Of a stretch of 64,000 nucleotides of DNA, positions 51,001-59,026 are shown in pieces. The stretch comes from Thermodesulfobacteriota bacterium (GTDB lineage Bacteria > Desulfobacterota > Desulfobacteria > Desulfobacterales > C00003060), in contig JAXHVD010000007.1 in the NCBI GenBank assembly GCA_034189385.1, positions 1 through 64,000 of the forward strand, in the 5' to 3' direction. How positions within the stretch are numbered: position 1 is the stretch's first letter; each line of letters begins with the position of its first letter. Below the pieces are notes generated by a model, which saw nothing but the letters and a program-made list of their open reading frames with translations, searched no databases and was not told the DNA's origin. Position numbers and translations under genes: made by a program.

Positions 51001-54000
51001 TAGACAATGTGGCGCCCACGGCAGAAGCGGGACCAGACCAGTATGTGGACGAGGGGGCCACCGTAGCCTTGTCAGGCACTGCCGTTGATCCAAGCCCGGT
51101 GGATCAGCTTGCCTTAACCTATGTGTGGGACTTTGGCGATGATTCCGCCATTTCCGAAACGCAGACAACGGAACATGTCTACACAGATGACGGGATCTAC
51201 ATTGCAACCCTGACAGTGGAGGATGACGACGGCGGTTCAGGAACAGACACCCTGACGGTCACTGTGGCAAACGTGGCTCCCACAGTGGACGCGGGCCCTG
51301 ACGCCACCATCGACGAAGGAGATACCTTTACCAGCGGGGGAAGCTTTGTTGATCCTGGTACTGACACCTGGTCGGCCACCGTGGATTACGGCGACGGGTC
51401 AGGCCCTGAAGCGCTGGCCCTCAATCCTGACAAGAGCTTTAGTCTCAACCATACCTATGCTGACGACGGCGTGTATACGGTTACAGTTGCTGTAACCGAT
51501 GACGATGGTGGTCTTGGCTCTGACACGGCCACTGTAACGGCCAGTGCAGTCAACCACCCCCCTGTTGCCAATGCAGGTGGGCCCTACACAATAGATGAAG
51601 GGGCTGAGCTGACGCTCGATGGCAGAGCATCCACAGACCCTGACGGCGATGCCTTGACCTATGCATGGGATTTGGACAATGACGCTGAATACGATGATGC
51701 CACAGGGGTGGCACCAGCCTATACCTGGGTGGAGAACGGCACCTACCCTGTTGGGCTCAAGGTCTCTGATTCGCAGCTGGAGCACACTGCTAGCACCACG
51801 GTGACGGTGAACAATGTGGCCCCCACCGTGGAGGCCGGCCCTGACCAGACTGTGGATGAAGGCGTTAATGCGTCATTCAGCGGCAGTTTCACGGACCCGG
51901 GCACTCTTGATACCCACACAATTGAATGGAATTTCGGAGACGAGGAAACCGCTTCAGGCACTCTCACGCCGAGTCACGTGTATAAAGACAACGGGGTGTA
52001 TACCGTGACTCTAACCGTTACAGATGATGATGGCGGTGTGGGGTCGGACACGCTGACCGTGACCGTCAACAATGTGGCGCCCAGTGTTGATGCCGGACCT
52101 GATGCGACCATCAATGAGGGTGGCGCTTTTGCGGGACAAGGGTCGTTCACAGACCCGGGCGATGACACCTGGACGGCCACAGTCGATTATGGCGACGGCT
52201 CAGGTGTACAACCGCTGACACTCAATCCGGACAGGACATTTGCGTTGAACCACGTCTACTCTGACAGCGGAACGTTCACCGTGACTGTGACCGTGACTGA
52301 TGATGATGGCGGCGTGGGAACCGACAATGCCGCGGTCACCGCCAACGATCTTGGTCCCACAGCAGCCTTTACATGGACGCCAGAATCCCAAGGCGAAGGC
52401 GCTCCTGTCAGCTTCACAGATGGTTGTACGTCTTCTCCGGATATAATCACTGCATGGCTGTGGGATTTTGGCGGACTTGGAACGAGTCCAGAGCAGAACC
52501 CCGGCTTCACCTTCAATGATGATGGCACCTACACGGTAACACTGACGGTGACCGATGACGACGGCTCCACGGACACTGTGTCCCATGATGTGACGATCAC
52601 GGATAAAGGCCCCACAGCAGCCTTAGCTGGAGACACAGGTCTTAATGAGGGGGCAGCAGGCAACTATGATGCTAGCAGTTCCACCTCGAGCCCTGATACC
52701 ATTGTAAGCTACGAATGGGATTGGGACTATGACGGCACATTTGATGCTTCAGGCGACACAGGACCTACTCAGGGCCATGTGTGGAATGGCGGCACCTATA
52801 CCGTGGCTGTCCTAGTCACAGATGACGACGGTAGTACGGACATGGCAACGCTTGAGGTAACAGTAAGCGATCTTGGTCCCACAGCAGCCTTTGCATGGTC
52901 GCCAGAGCCGCAGGGCGAAGGCGCTCCTGTCAGCTTCACAGACGCTTCTACGTCCTCTCCGGACATAATAACTGCATGGTTGTGGGATTTTGACGGACTT
53001 GGCACGAGCACGGATCAGAACCCGAGCTTTACCTTTAATGATAACGGCGCCTACACTGTAACACTGACGGTGACCGATAACGACGGCTCCACTGACACGA
53101 TAACTCATGATGTCACGATAACGGACAAGGGTCCTGCTGCGAACTTGACGGGAGATTCAGTCTTAGATGAAGGCCAGGCGGGCTCCTATGATGCCAGCGG
53201 TTCCACGTCAAGCCCAGATGTCATTGTGAGCTACGAGTGGGATTGGGACTATGACGGCACATTTGATGCTTCAGGCGACACAGGACCTACTCAGGGCCAT
53301 GTGTGGAATGGTGGCACTTATACCGTGGCTGTCCTAGTCACAGATGACGACGGTAGTACAGATATGACCACGCTTGAGGTAACCGTAAGCGATCTTGGCC
53401 CCACAGCATTACTGACAGGAGATATAAGCCTGGATGCGGGAACTGAAGGAAACTATGATGCCAGCGATTCTACCTCAAGCCCTGATGCGATAGTCAGTTA
53501 TGAATGGGATTGGAACTATGATGGCACTTTCGATGCCTCGGGCGATACGGGACCCACGCAGACCCATGCGTGGGCGAATAGCGGGGCCTACACTGTAGCT
53601 GTACGCGTAACAGATGAGGACGGCAGCACAGACATCGCCACACTCAGTGTGACAGTAGAAGTGAGTAACTATCCACCAGTGGCTGACGCAGGTGGTCCCT
53701 ACACGGCAGATGAAGGGGCTGAGGCGACGCTGGATGGTAGCGCTTCGTGGGATCCTGAAGGCGATGCCTTGACCTACGCCTGGGATCTGGACAATGACGG
53801 TGAATACGATGATGCCGTTGGCGCCACGCCGACTTACGTCTGGGCAGACAACGGTTCCTATCCTGTTGGGCTCAGCGTCTCTGATTCACTACTGACAGAT
53901 GCTGCTACCGCCACGGTAACGGTGTACAACGTAGCCCCATCCGTTGGGCCGATCACTGCACCTCAAGATCCGGTAGAGGTGAACGTGGAGATCTCGGTGA

Positions 54001-54680
54001 GTGCACCTTTCACTGATCCCGGGGTGCTCGATACGCATACAGCAACATGGGAATGGGGAGACGGCCTCGAATCTGAAGGCACAGTGGACGAAACAAACGG
54101 TTCCGGGACCGTTAGTGGCTCTCATGTTTATGAGACACCCGGCGTCTACACGATCACGGTCTATGTGACAGACAAGGATGGTGACACCGGGTCTGCACAA
54201 TACCGCTATGTAGTCGCCTATGATTCATCTGGAGGATTCGTTACAGGCGGTGGCTGGATTGATTCACTCGAGGGGGCCTACACCCCTGACCCTTCTTTGA
54301 CTGGTAAGGCATCGTTCGGTTTCGTGGCCAAGTACAAGAAGGGCGCTAAGACGCCTACTGGCCAAACGGAGTTCCAGTTCAGGGTAGCGGATCTGAACTT
54401 CCACTCCGGCACCTACGACTGGTTGGTCGTGGCCGGGGCCCGAGCCAAGTACAAGGGCACAGGGACCATTAACGGTGACGGCAATTTTGGCTTCATGCTC
54501 TCTGCCATTGATGGCGATCTCCTTGGAGGCGGACAACCTGACAGGTTCAGAATCAAGATATGGGATAAGGATAGTGGCGACGCCGTTGTCTACGATAATG
54601 AGATTGGCGTCAGTGAAGACGGAGATCCAACGACTGTCATCCAGAGCGGTTCGATCGTGATTCACAAGGTGAAGAAATAA
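42036..54680 (+). CDS. Giant (4214 aa) secreted scaffold/adhesin: cohesin-like, Ig, metal-binding DCDD repeats, FG-GAP propeller, many PKD, alpha/alpha-barrel, FVTGGGW C-terminal domain
   Basis: Signal peptide ending PAYA; PGEEVTIPI..GFQLDL..GVIVDVQF..LSNVIL..DGILTV; DCDD.D...NPG..E...NG.DD.C x3; ADFNNDGNLDL repeats; WDFGDG..Y.VTLTVTD repeats; GLWYLHTTQ, GGWRY, QKEDGSF. Confidence 0.92.
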   Translation: MKRTRLEFRAMVTGLCSFVMVGILIAAIPAYARTLGIRSAIVAPGEEVTIPIEISADVLDVVGFQLDLEMAGPQSVGLLLINEISKGTAVTTTSDLDSNPLPPTHQGMRILLPTEIPAVGEPIPEFDGPGVIVDVQFLVPGDAEVGHAFHLDLSNVILAGPENEQIDVTVFDGILTVGAVTVLPDTISAPPEISLSEEVKEEQLIVTVTGSGQPIPGVGLNFSVDDPAVVSVSEETAITGPDGTAAVNVTGLRDGSTFVHISSPGLEEATTAITVSWESPIITSTPPLEAAQGSTYTYDVEAIDPQGQTVTYALLSAPSDMSIESSTGLITWAVPADQPESGNDVTVEARDPDNNTDTQSYSILVTEAAQDADEDGYDSLVDCDDNDRDVNPGMEEVPYNGKDDDCNPDTPDDDIDRDGYPEDTDCDDNNPSVNPGAVEILWNGLDDDCDPATLDYVDNDEDGYVPIQNPHYPNPADCDDNDPDINPGAVEIPLNGIDENCDGSDGLLKPFVVAIDDGARIYYAKSNGDGTFSDYRFIQDIGGYNARAVAMADFNNDGNLDLVVGGGVNGRVDYFLFLNDGTDHFFNQGIVASHAVSGEWAMDMTAEDINNDGCMDFVGGVHSASVIVALGDGNGGFASSVIDLGGYGRGCDVSDFNRDGNVDLVRGRYDDGHVYVYLGNGDGTFGSGLLVGDVGSDPYGVVAADFDNDGLVDIIANDSSGGDPFLFTGDGNGTFIDSGYVETLDNGIRSAYDGYDFDNDGNVDVIVCDDSGRKIWYYPGNGDGTFGTRIQINPSNTKNDVLGNSAPPYRPFGTPYAIIKPPEQTILLGSAAEFDGSESNDNDDGELVSWVWNFGDENTGTGETISHTYDGEDTYNVTLKVTDDDGKSAIGVAKAYVQANPPVANAGGLYVFDETFADHGEYIVTLDGSASTDDFGIVKYEWDFESIFGDTFEGTTLDTSKWIASAGVSQNEKATIAGAGSWGDRYLFSQRDFSREEGLTFQAQVRPVNTSGNQYGMFGLKDTGSNYSYTQMPHAIYFRNGEIRILEDGTTKVTFGSYTRNVEYEIKIVLKAEGASYYLREAGGPLWNLIYNSSYSSLSPLKVGMTINAGTFELDDVNVSLVLEGVNPVGILTEGHYPVTLTVTDLAGQQDSEATTVDVVPSSPPVADPGGPYVADEGSAQEGIWTVTLDGGGSSDDYGIIKYEWVIETSDGSQVERTEVSPTLTYDAVGTYMVTLTVTDNALQTHTAQTTLDIVANDPPVADPGGPYFADETNATGGFWPIAFDGSGSSDVHGIMKYEWDFDASDGIQVDATGVSTSAIYDAEGSYTVTLSVTDHALQTTSAQTTVTIDLSANEPPTADAGGPYNVNEAAAESGWWTVEFDGSQSSDAEGIAKYDWDFGDGSTLTTWGQYRHNFFEAGTRLYGYDVTGASLYVIATEDNTTVQIVNLDNGEVTVSTTLNKYEMSGGLAPGNGIYFKVEANKPVLAYETDLDWSHSTFIPSLEEGPVGREFILYKFGGLGFYVFAVEDTVVRLYHSNGSLVEERSMTAGSYWEVGYRNAVYHVISTGRIAMQNVGGNGYTTVPSTSGGGVGRNFYCATHGNHTGALAIFAYEDADVTVYNLDSSTVLWTQTIPKGGYWWKINVGTRRLRIESTGDIEVWAGDTERLGYNRIIDLGDDISFAGGRDGKEFYLHGLMAGAVIFAPFDNTAVTVNGAFHSLNADEYHRLSGRTFYHVVSTKPIIIQTLGESTGFNNLGTYLGGITEITKVTHKYNAVGDYSATLTVHDHGDRSDSATTTVTVGYSDPPVADAGGPYEFGEEVAKDGKFMVTLNGTGSSDDYGIYAYEWDFGNVFTEGFDGMTLDEERWDASDGVSQDDIITVTGTGTWGERYCFSQKNFEREGENTFTVRVRLPSGVTTKLMWGLKNNSPDFSYTHMPHAIYLNDGTFAIYEDGTDRGDFGSFSKDQWYDLKIVLIPLQGASYYYRPFEETEWTFLYGSHYATRATLFKVGCTVYSGTADMDDVRVETRGVGERVIHAYDALGTYEVTLKVTDHVLQEDSDTTTVTISAGEPPVADAGGPYTGEVHSFIPFDGGGSTDDTNIARYEWDFGDGHTGRGRQPRHFYTEEGTYTVTLTVYDNLLQSDTDETTVTIGTGNAPVAEAGGPYAGGVGGPPAYFDGSGSSDDCGILKYEWDVDGVKLYGMRPVYTYAAAGTYQVTLTVEDGAGQTSTDTAEVEIYANLPPKVICVPWVGRDVKFPHETWNGKEITLKGVVKDADAVNFRWDFGDGTSSPTMNVTDPYDLSVKHTYPDSPHETPFVATLTVWDSSGQSGSDTYNVLVKEKTLDVEVNVGIDEGLWYLHTTQNRSGASGWWRYDYEGYDFYASSIGSALQAFQINTHHETGDPGEDPYVETVSRGMTYLLGILRSKGIGLQTHGDPDTNGNGIGIEGPGIRKPYELGMVMMAFASSGTPLAIAHSGGENILDRFYHDILTDMVDMYAWGQLDSGARTGGWRYSWNDYADNSASQWAALGMEAAEEAFNLVVPGWVKEKNLEWLAFSDDGPRWGYHNYEPPISGGYVACTPSGLAQLAFDDIPATDWRWINSESYMASVWDSWYKNTRNYYALYALAKAFRIAQPYEVSIIGEHTPWSIDWYGDPERGAARTVLDDQKEDGSFGGEGQGTLWVREGPLRTAWGVLILTQTLFVKPPVALVNIEPNPGATGMPVTLDGSDSYHNDHFRSIVRYEWDVDEDGIYDYSDDAPTAMHTYDEAGIYTVTLRVTDDNDPEKTDKASAIVTITEGAHPPVAVPGGPYTTMAGIATTLDGSGSYDIDPGDQIARFGWELDGIYPYDFDDAVGSHPIYVWDAVGTYNVGLKVWDDGVMNDLNHNGEVDEEERLWDIQWTTIEVLVNTSPVADPNGPYEVDEGSELTLDGTGSSDPDGHPLTYAWDLDNDGEYDDATGATPTHTWPDDGTYTIGLKVSDSSSDDTATATVTVDNVAPTAEAGPDQYVDEGATVALSGTAVDPSPVDQLALTYVWDFGDDSAISETQTTEHVYTDDGIYIATLTVEDDDGGSGTDTLTVTVANVAPTVDAGPDATIDEGDTFTSGGSFVDPGTDTWSATVDYGDGSGPEALALNPDKSFSLNHTYADDGVYTVTVAVTDDDGGLGSDTATVTASAVNHPPVANAGGPYTIDEGAELTLDGRASTDPDGDALTYAWDLDNDAEYDDATGVAPAYTWVENGTYPVGLKVSDSQLEHTASTTVTVNNVAPTVEAGPDQTVDEGVNASFSGSFTDPGTLDTHTIEWNFGDEETASGTLTPSHVYKDNGVYTVTLTVTDDDGGVGSDTLTVTVNNVAPSVDAGPDATINEGGAFAGQGSFTDPGDDTWTATVDYGDGSGVQPLTLNPDRTFALNHVYSDSGTFTVTVTVTDDDGGVGTDNAAVTANDLGPTAAFTWTPESQGEGAPVSFTDGCTSSPDIITAWLWDFGGLGTSPEQNPGFTFNDDGTYTVTLTVTDDDGSTDTVSHDVTITDKGPTAALAGDTGLNEGAAGNYDASSSTSSPDTIVSYEWDWDYDGTFDASGDTGPTQGHVWNGGTYTVAVLVTDDDGSTDMATLEVTVSDLGPTAAFAWSPEPQGEGAPVSFTDASTSSPDIITAWLWDFDGLGTSTDQNPSFTFNDNGAYTVTLTVTDNDGSTDTITHDVTITDKGPAANLTGDSVLDEGQAGSYDASGSTSSPDVIVSYEWDWDYDGTFDASGDTGPTQGHVWNGGTYTVAVLVTDDDGSTDMTTLEVTVSDLGPTALLTGDISLDAGTEGNYDASDSTSSPDAIVSYEWDWNYDGTFDASGDTGPTQTHAWANSGAYTVAVRVTDEDGSTDIATLSVTVEVSNYPPVADAGGPYTADEGAEATLDGSASWDPEGDALTYAWDLDNDGEYDDAVGATPTYVWADNGSYPVGLSVSDSLLTDAATATVTVYNVAPSVGPITAPQDPVEVNVEISVSAPFTDPGVLDTHTATWEWGDGLESEGTVDETNGSGTVSGSHVYETPGVYTITVYVTDKDGDTGSAQYRYVVAYDSSGGFVTGGGWIDSLEGAYTPDPSLTGKASFGFVAKYKKGAKTPTGQTEFQFRVADLNFHSGTYDWLVVAGARAKYKGTGTINGDGNFGFMLSAIDGDLLGGGQPDRFRIKIWDKDSGDAVVYDNEIGVSEDGDPTTVIQSGSIVIHKVKK
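52347..53410 (+). repeat. Internal tandem repeat with 522-bp period (PKD pairs)
   Basis: GATCTTGGYCCCACAGCA at 52347, 52869 and 53391; the first two units are near-identical. Confidence 0.85.
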
Positions 54681-54705
54681 CTTGGTCGGAGGTTAGGAGG
54701 AGGAA

Positions 54706-55461
54706 ATGGCCATGAAGAGTCCATGGGATTTTTTTCTATTGCTTGCAACGATTCTGACTCTATCTGGAACAGAATTGGCGTTTGGTGCCCCAGGCAGTCA
54801 GCCTTCTGGATCGCCAAGGCCGGTTATTGTGGAAGAACGGGGTATGGATGCAGGGGAAAGACCAAATACTCCCCCAGTGAGAATGATTGGGCCAGGCGAG
54901 TTTGAGATTGGCGGCGTCCGTATCCTGAAGAAGAAAGAACGTGTGGAATTCCCGGCAGCCATTAATATGGACGAGGGCCTTTTGGAGTACCTGATTGTCG
55001 GGGCGTCCGGGAAATTGCATGAGAGCCTGTTGAGGACCGAAGTGAAGCCTTACAGCGTTCATATTGCTTTGCTCCTGCTGGGTTTGGAAGGAACCACCAA
55101 TCCCCTTGGTTATCAGGGGGAACCCAGAGAGCCTGAGGGGGATCCCGTTGACATTCGGGTTAAATGGCATGATAAAGGCACATTGAAGGAAGGACCCATC
55201 GAGGATTGGGTTCTGCAAGGAGAGCGCCCCATGGGAAAGACCCACTGGGTCTTCACCGGTTCTTTTGTCTCAGAGGGTGTGTTCATGGCTGAAGTGGAGA
55301 AGTCTATCGTTGCCATCTTTCATGATCCTGTGGCGCTTATTGACAATCCAATGCCGGAAGGAAGGAGCGATGAAGTGTGGTTTGTCCGCAAGGGCGCTGT
55401 ACCACCGCCGGGCACGGAAGTGACTGTCATAATCGAAAAGAGATCGAAGACAGGAAGCTGA
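54706..55461 (+). CDS. YdjY-like exported protein
   Basis: Signal peptide; LEYLIVGASGKLHESLLRT..HIALLLLG..WVFTGS..PPPGTEVTVII; AGGAGG RBS. Confidence 0.7.
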   Translation: MAMKSPWDFFLLLATILTLSGTELAFGAPGSQPSGSPRPVIVEERGMDAGERPNTPPVRMIGPGEFEIGGVRILKKKERVEFPAAINMDEGLLEYLIVGASGKLHESLLRTEVKPYSVHIALLLLGLEGTTNPLGYQGEPREPEGDPVDIRVKWHDKGTLKEGPIEDWVLQGERPMGKTHWVFTGSFVSEGVFMAEVEKSIVAIFHDPVALIDNPMPEGRSDEVWFVRKGAVPPPGTEVTVIIEKRSKTGS

Positions 55462-55548
55462 TACTGTCTTGACCGGGTTCGAGCAAGGCAGTGATTGGAA
55501 ACGGAGATTGAAACCAGGGAGGTGTCGTTAGCAAGGAGCGACAAAGTG

Positions 55549-56754
55549 ATGGAGCGGAAGAGTAAACGGAGAGCATTGATTTTCTTCTTGGTGATTTCAG
55601 GGCTGAGTTGTGTCGGCCTTGGGCCAATGATTTTTGGTGCGGAGCCAGTGGCTGTGACAACCGGCAACTCCCGAAGCGATCTTTCTTTGAAGAACGAGGT
55701 GAAACACGCCATAGAGCGCGGCTTGCTTTGGCTCAAGGGGGCCCAACATCCCATGGGGTACTGGTCCCAGCCCGACCATCCGGCGCTCACGGGCCTGGTC
55801 CTTACAGGATTTGTGCGAGAACCGTCGGGAAGCACGAGGGCTGCAAGCCCCGATTTTGTCAAGAAAGGTTATAGCTACCTTGTTCAGTGTGTCCAGCCTG
55901 ACGGCGGCATATACGTGAAGGACCTGGCGAACTACAATACAGCCGTATCTCTAATGGCGTTGATTGCCTCCTTTGACCCTGCCTACGAGCCTCTGATTCG
56001 AAATGCACGGAACTTTCTGGTTGGTCTCCAGTCAGATTTTGGCGAAAAGGGAAAGGTCGATTCGCCTTATGATGGTGGTGTGGGTTACGGGAGCCGGCAT
56101 CAACATTCAGACATGTCAAACACCATGTTTGCCTTGGAAGCCCTTTACTACTCCCAGTTTGTGGCAGATGACAAAGAAGATGGTATTGCCCCGTTCCAGG
56201 AGCTGAACTGGCCTGGTGTAATTAAGTTCATTCAGAGATGTCAGAATCTTCCGAGTCATAACGACCAGGCATGGGCAAGCGATGACCCGGAGAACAGGGG
56301 TGGTTTCGTCTATTTTCCCGGCAATAGCAAGGCCGGAGAAGTGAAGCTTCCTTCCGGAAAGACGGCCCTTCGCTCTTACGGCAGCATCAGTTACGCAGGG
56401 CTTCTCAGCTACATTTACGCGGACCTGGACCGGGATGACCCAAGGGTGAAGGCCGTTTTTGACTGGCTAAGGCGCAACTTCACGCTCGAGGAGAATCCCG
56501 GCATGGGACCCCAGGGGCTTTACTACTACTACCATGTGATGGCAAAAGGCCTGGCAGCAGGTGGGGTCCACACACTGGCCTTGGTGGATGGAAAAGAAGT
56601 GGACTGGAGACGAGAACTGGCTCTGAAGCTTCTCAACTTGCAGAAGGGAGAGGGCTTCTGGGTTAACGAGAACGGCCGGTGGTGGGAAAAGGATCCGGTG
56701 CTTGTCACTGCATATGCCATCCTCAGCCTAGAGATCATGCATAGTGGGCTCTGA
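55549..56754 (+). CDS. Exported prenyltransferase/squalene-cyclase-fold (alpha/alpha barrel) protein
   Basis: GLLWLKGAQ..GYW, VQPDGGI, DGGVGYG..SDMSNT, GGFVY, LQKGEGFW QW-like repeats; AAGGAG RBS (ORF open from 55495). Confidence 0.8.
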   Translation: MERKSKRRALIFFLVISGLSCVGLGPMIFGAEPVAVTTGNSRSDLSLKNEVKHAIERGLLWLKGAQHPMGYWSQPDHPALTGLVLTGFVREPSGSTRAASPDFVKKGYSYLVQCVQPDGGIYVKDLANYNTAVSLMALIASFDPAYEPLIRNARNFLVGLQSDFGEKGKVDSPYDGGVGYGSRHQHSDMSNTMFALEALYYSQFVADDKEDGIAPFQELNWPGVIKFIQRCQNLPSHNDQAWASDDPENRGGFVYFPGNSKAGEVKLPSGKTALRSYGSISYAGLLSYIYADLDRDDPRVKAVFDWLRRNFTLEENPGMGPQGLYYYYHVMAKGLAAGGVHTLALVDGKEVDWRRELALKLLNLQKGEGFWVNENGRWWEKDPVLVTAYAILSLEIMHSGL

Positions 56755-56799
56755 TCATTACCCGTCTGCAGGGATGATGGGGCCTCTCTAAGCTGACAG

Positions 56800-58971
56800 A
56801 TGAGAGGGAATAGAGCAAAGGCGATCACTGCAAACAGATTCCCAAACAACATGGAATGGCTGAAGCTGTGGTTAACCTTCTACTTCCTGTTTGCATCGCC
56901 ATTCCTTCTTTGTCTCAGCTATGCTGACCCTGGCATCGTGACACTCGAGGACGTTATTGTCACTGCCACGAGAACTGAAAGAGACTTCTCCCTGCCCAGT
57001 ACCGTCCACTCCCTCTCCTCCGAGGAGCTGCAAAATGAAAAAATGGTCCGCACAGTGCCGGAGGCGCTGAAAGAAATCCCGGGCATTATGGTCCAGAGGA
57101 CTTCCCATGGCCAGGGATCACCTTTTATCAGGGGCTTTACAGGATTTCGAACACTCTTTCTGATTGACGGCATTCGTCTTAATAACTCCACCTTCCGAGA
57201 GGGTCCCAACCAGTACTGGAGTACTGTTGACCCGCTGACCATTGAACGGCTGGAAGTGGTTAAGGGGCCTTCCTCTGTGCTGTACGGAAGCGACGCGGTG
57301 GGGGGCACCGTGAATGCCATCACTAGGGGACCCTACGGATCCGCAGAGCCCTTTGCTTGGAAACCCCGTGTCTATTACCGTTATGCAGAGGCAGAAGATT
57401 CTCACACGATCCGGTCTGAAATCAGCGGTGGACTGGGGGAAGGCCTCCCATTTCTAGGTGGGATTTCTTACCGAGACTTTGGAGACATCCGGGGCGGCCA
57501 TGACATGGGACTTCAACCCAACACCGGCTACAGCGAATTAAACGGCGACTTCAAGCTAAAGTGGGCCTTAGGCTCCCACAAGTCACTTACCGTTGCCCAT
57601 CAACAGGTTCATCAGGAAGACGTTCCCCGCACACACAAGACCGTTTTTGCCAAGAGCTTTAGAGGAACAACAGTCGGTAAGGAACTCAAAAGAGACCTTG
57701 ATCAGGATCGCGAGCTCACTTACCTGAAGTACGAGACCTCTGAAATGGGTGCCTTTGTTGACGCACTCCAGGTCACGCTCTCGTGGCATGAGCAAATTGA
57801 GAAACAGCATCGTGTCCGCGAAGACAAGCGCAGTGATAGCCAAGGACTTGATGTGAATACCTTGGGAATGTCATTGCAGTTGGAAAGCCTCAGCCAATTC
57901 GGCCAATGGACCTATGGGTTTGAGTACTATCACGACGATGTGGATTCCTTCCGGCGAGACTTTGACGCCGATGGCTTACTGCGCAGCGTCAGAATTCAAG
58001 GCCCCGTGGCAGGCGACGCCACATACGATTCGCTAGGGGTGTTTGTTCAGGACGACATTCCGCTGTACGGCGAAAGACTGGACCTCATCTTTGGGGGGCG
58101 CTTCAATTATGCCCGTGCTGATGCTGACAAGGTTGAAGACCCCGAGACAGGTTATGAGATGTCCATTTCGGACGATTGGAGCACGACGGTGGGAAGCGCT
58201 CGCATCTTGTACCAGATTGACGCAGATCATCATTGGTACGCCTTCTCCGGCGTGTCACAGGGGTTCAGGGCACCGAACCTTTCTGACCTGACTCGGCTGG
58301 ACACTGCACGGACAGATGAGATCGAAACCCCCTCTCCAGACCTCGACCCAGAAGACTTCATTGCTTACGAAATCGGCATGAAAGCGTTCTATGAAAACTT
58401 CAGCGGTCAACTGGCCTACTTTTACACGGACATTGACAATATGATCGTTCGCACACCAACGGGAGACGTTGTCGAGGGTGATAACGAAGTGACTAAGAAG
58501 AACGCCGGGGACGGCTACATCCATGGGGTGGAACTCAATCTAGGCTACCGCTTCCATCCCCGGTTTACTCTTTTTGGCTCGCTCTTCTGGATGGAGGGTT
58601 TTGTGGAGACCTTCCCGACTGCAGCGCCAGTGAAAGTGGAGGAACCTATTGACCGTCTTCAGCCATTGACCGGTGTTGTTGGGCTGCGGTGGGAGCACCC
58701 GCGTGAGAGAATATGGGTGGAGTTCGTGGCCACACTGGCAGACGACCAGGACAAGCTCTCAACGAGAGACAAGGCCGACACGCAACGTATCCCACCTGGT
58801 GGAACTCCGGGCTATACGGTCTATTGCCTTCGGGCAGGATGGAAGGTCACTTATGATCTTATCCTATCTGCAGCCGTGGAGAACATTACAGACAAAGACT
58901 ACAGAATACATGGGTCTGGTCAGAATGAAGCAGGGACAAATGTTGTCTTTGCCTTGGACTGGAGTTTTTGA
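56800..58971 (+). CDS. TonB-dependent receptor
   Basis: DVIVTATRTE TonB box, PFIRG..LFLIDGIRLN, IERLEVVKGPSSVLYGSDAVGGTVN, C-terminal WSF; start may be the ATG at 56851. Confidence 0.93.
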   Translation: MRGNRAKAITANRFPNNMEWLKLWLTFYFLFASPFLLCLSYADPGIVTLEDVIVTATRTERDFSLPSTVHSLSSEELQNEKMVRTVPEALKEIPGIMVQRTSHGQGSPFIRGFTGFRTLFLIDGIRLNNSTFREGPNQYWSTVDPLTIERLEVVKGPSSVLYGSDAVGGTVNAITRGPYGSAEPFAWKPRVYYRYAEAEDSHTIRSEISGGLGEGLPFLGGISYRDFGDIRGGHDMGLQPNTGYSELNGDFKLKWALGSHKSLTVAHQQVHQEDVPRTHKTVFAKSFRGTTVGKELKRDLDQDRELTYLKYETSEMGAFVDALQVTLSWHEQIEKQHRVREDKRSDSQGLDVNTLGMSLQLESLSQFGQWTYGFEYYHDDVDSFRRDFDADGLLRSVRIQGPVAGDATYDSLGVFVQDDIPLYGERLDLIFGGRFNYARADADKVEDPETGYEMSISDDWSTTVGSARILYQIDADHHWYAFSGVSQGFRAPNLSDLTRLDTARTDEIETPSPDLDPEDFIAYEIGMKAFYENFSGQLAYFYTDIDNMIVRTPTGDVVEGDNEVTKKNAGDGYIHGVELNLGYRFHPRFTLFGSLFWMEGFVETFPTAAPVKVEEPIDRLQPLTGVVGLRWEHPRERIWVEFVATLADDQDKLSTRDKADTQRIPPGGTPGYTVYCLRAGWKVTYDLILSAAVENITDKDYRIHGSGQNEAGTNVVFALDWSF

Positions 58972-59026
58972 CCTTTTCAGATTAAGGGCAAGGCCTGAGT
59001 GCCATCAGCTGCTGCGGTGAGAGTCT

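Noticed and set aside
56755..59026. Cobalamin riboswitch ahead of the TonB receptors
   Set aside because: Intergenic gaps are only about 45-55 nt and no B12-box is visible
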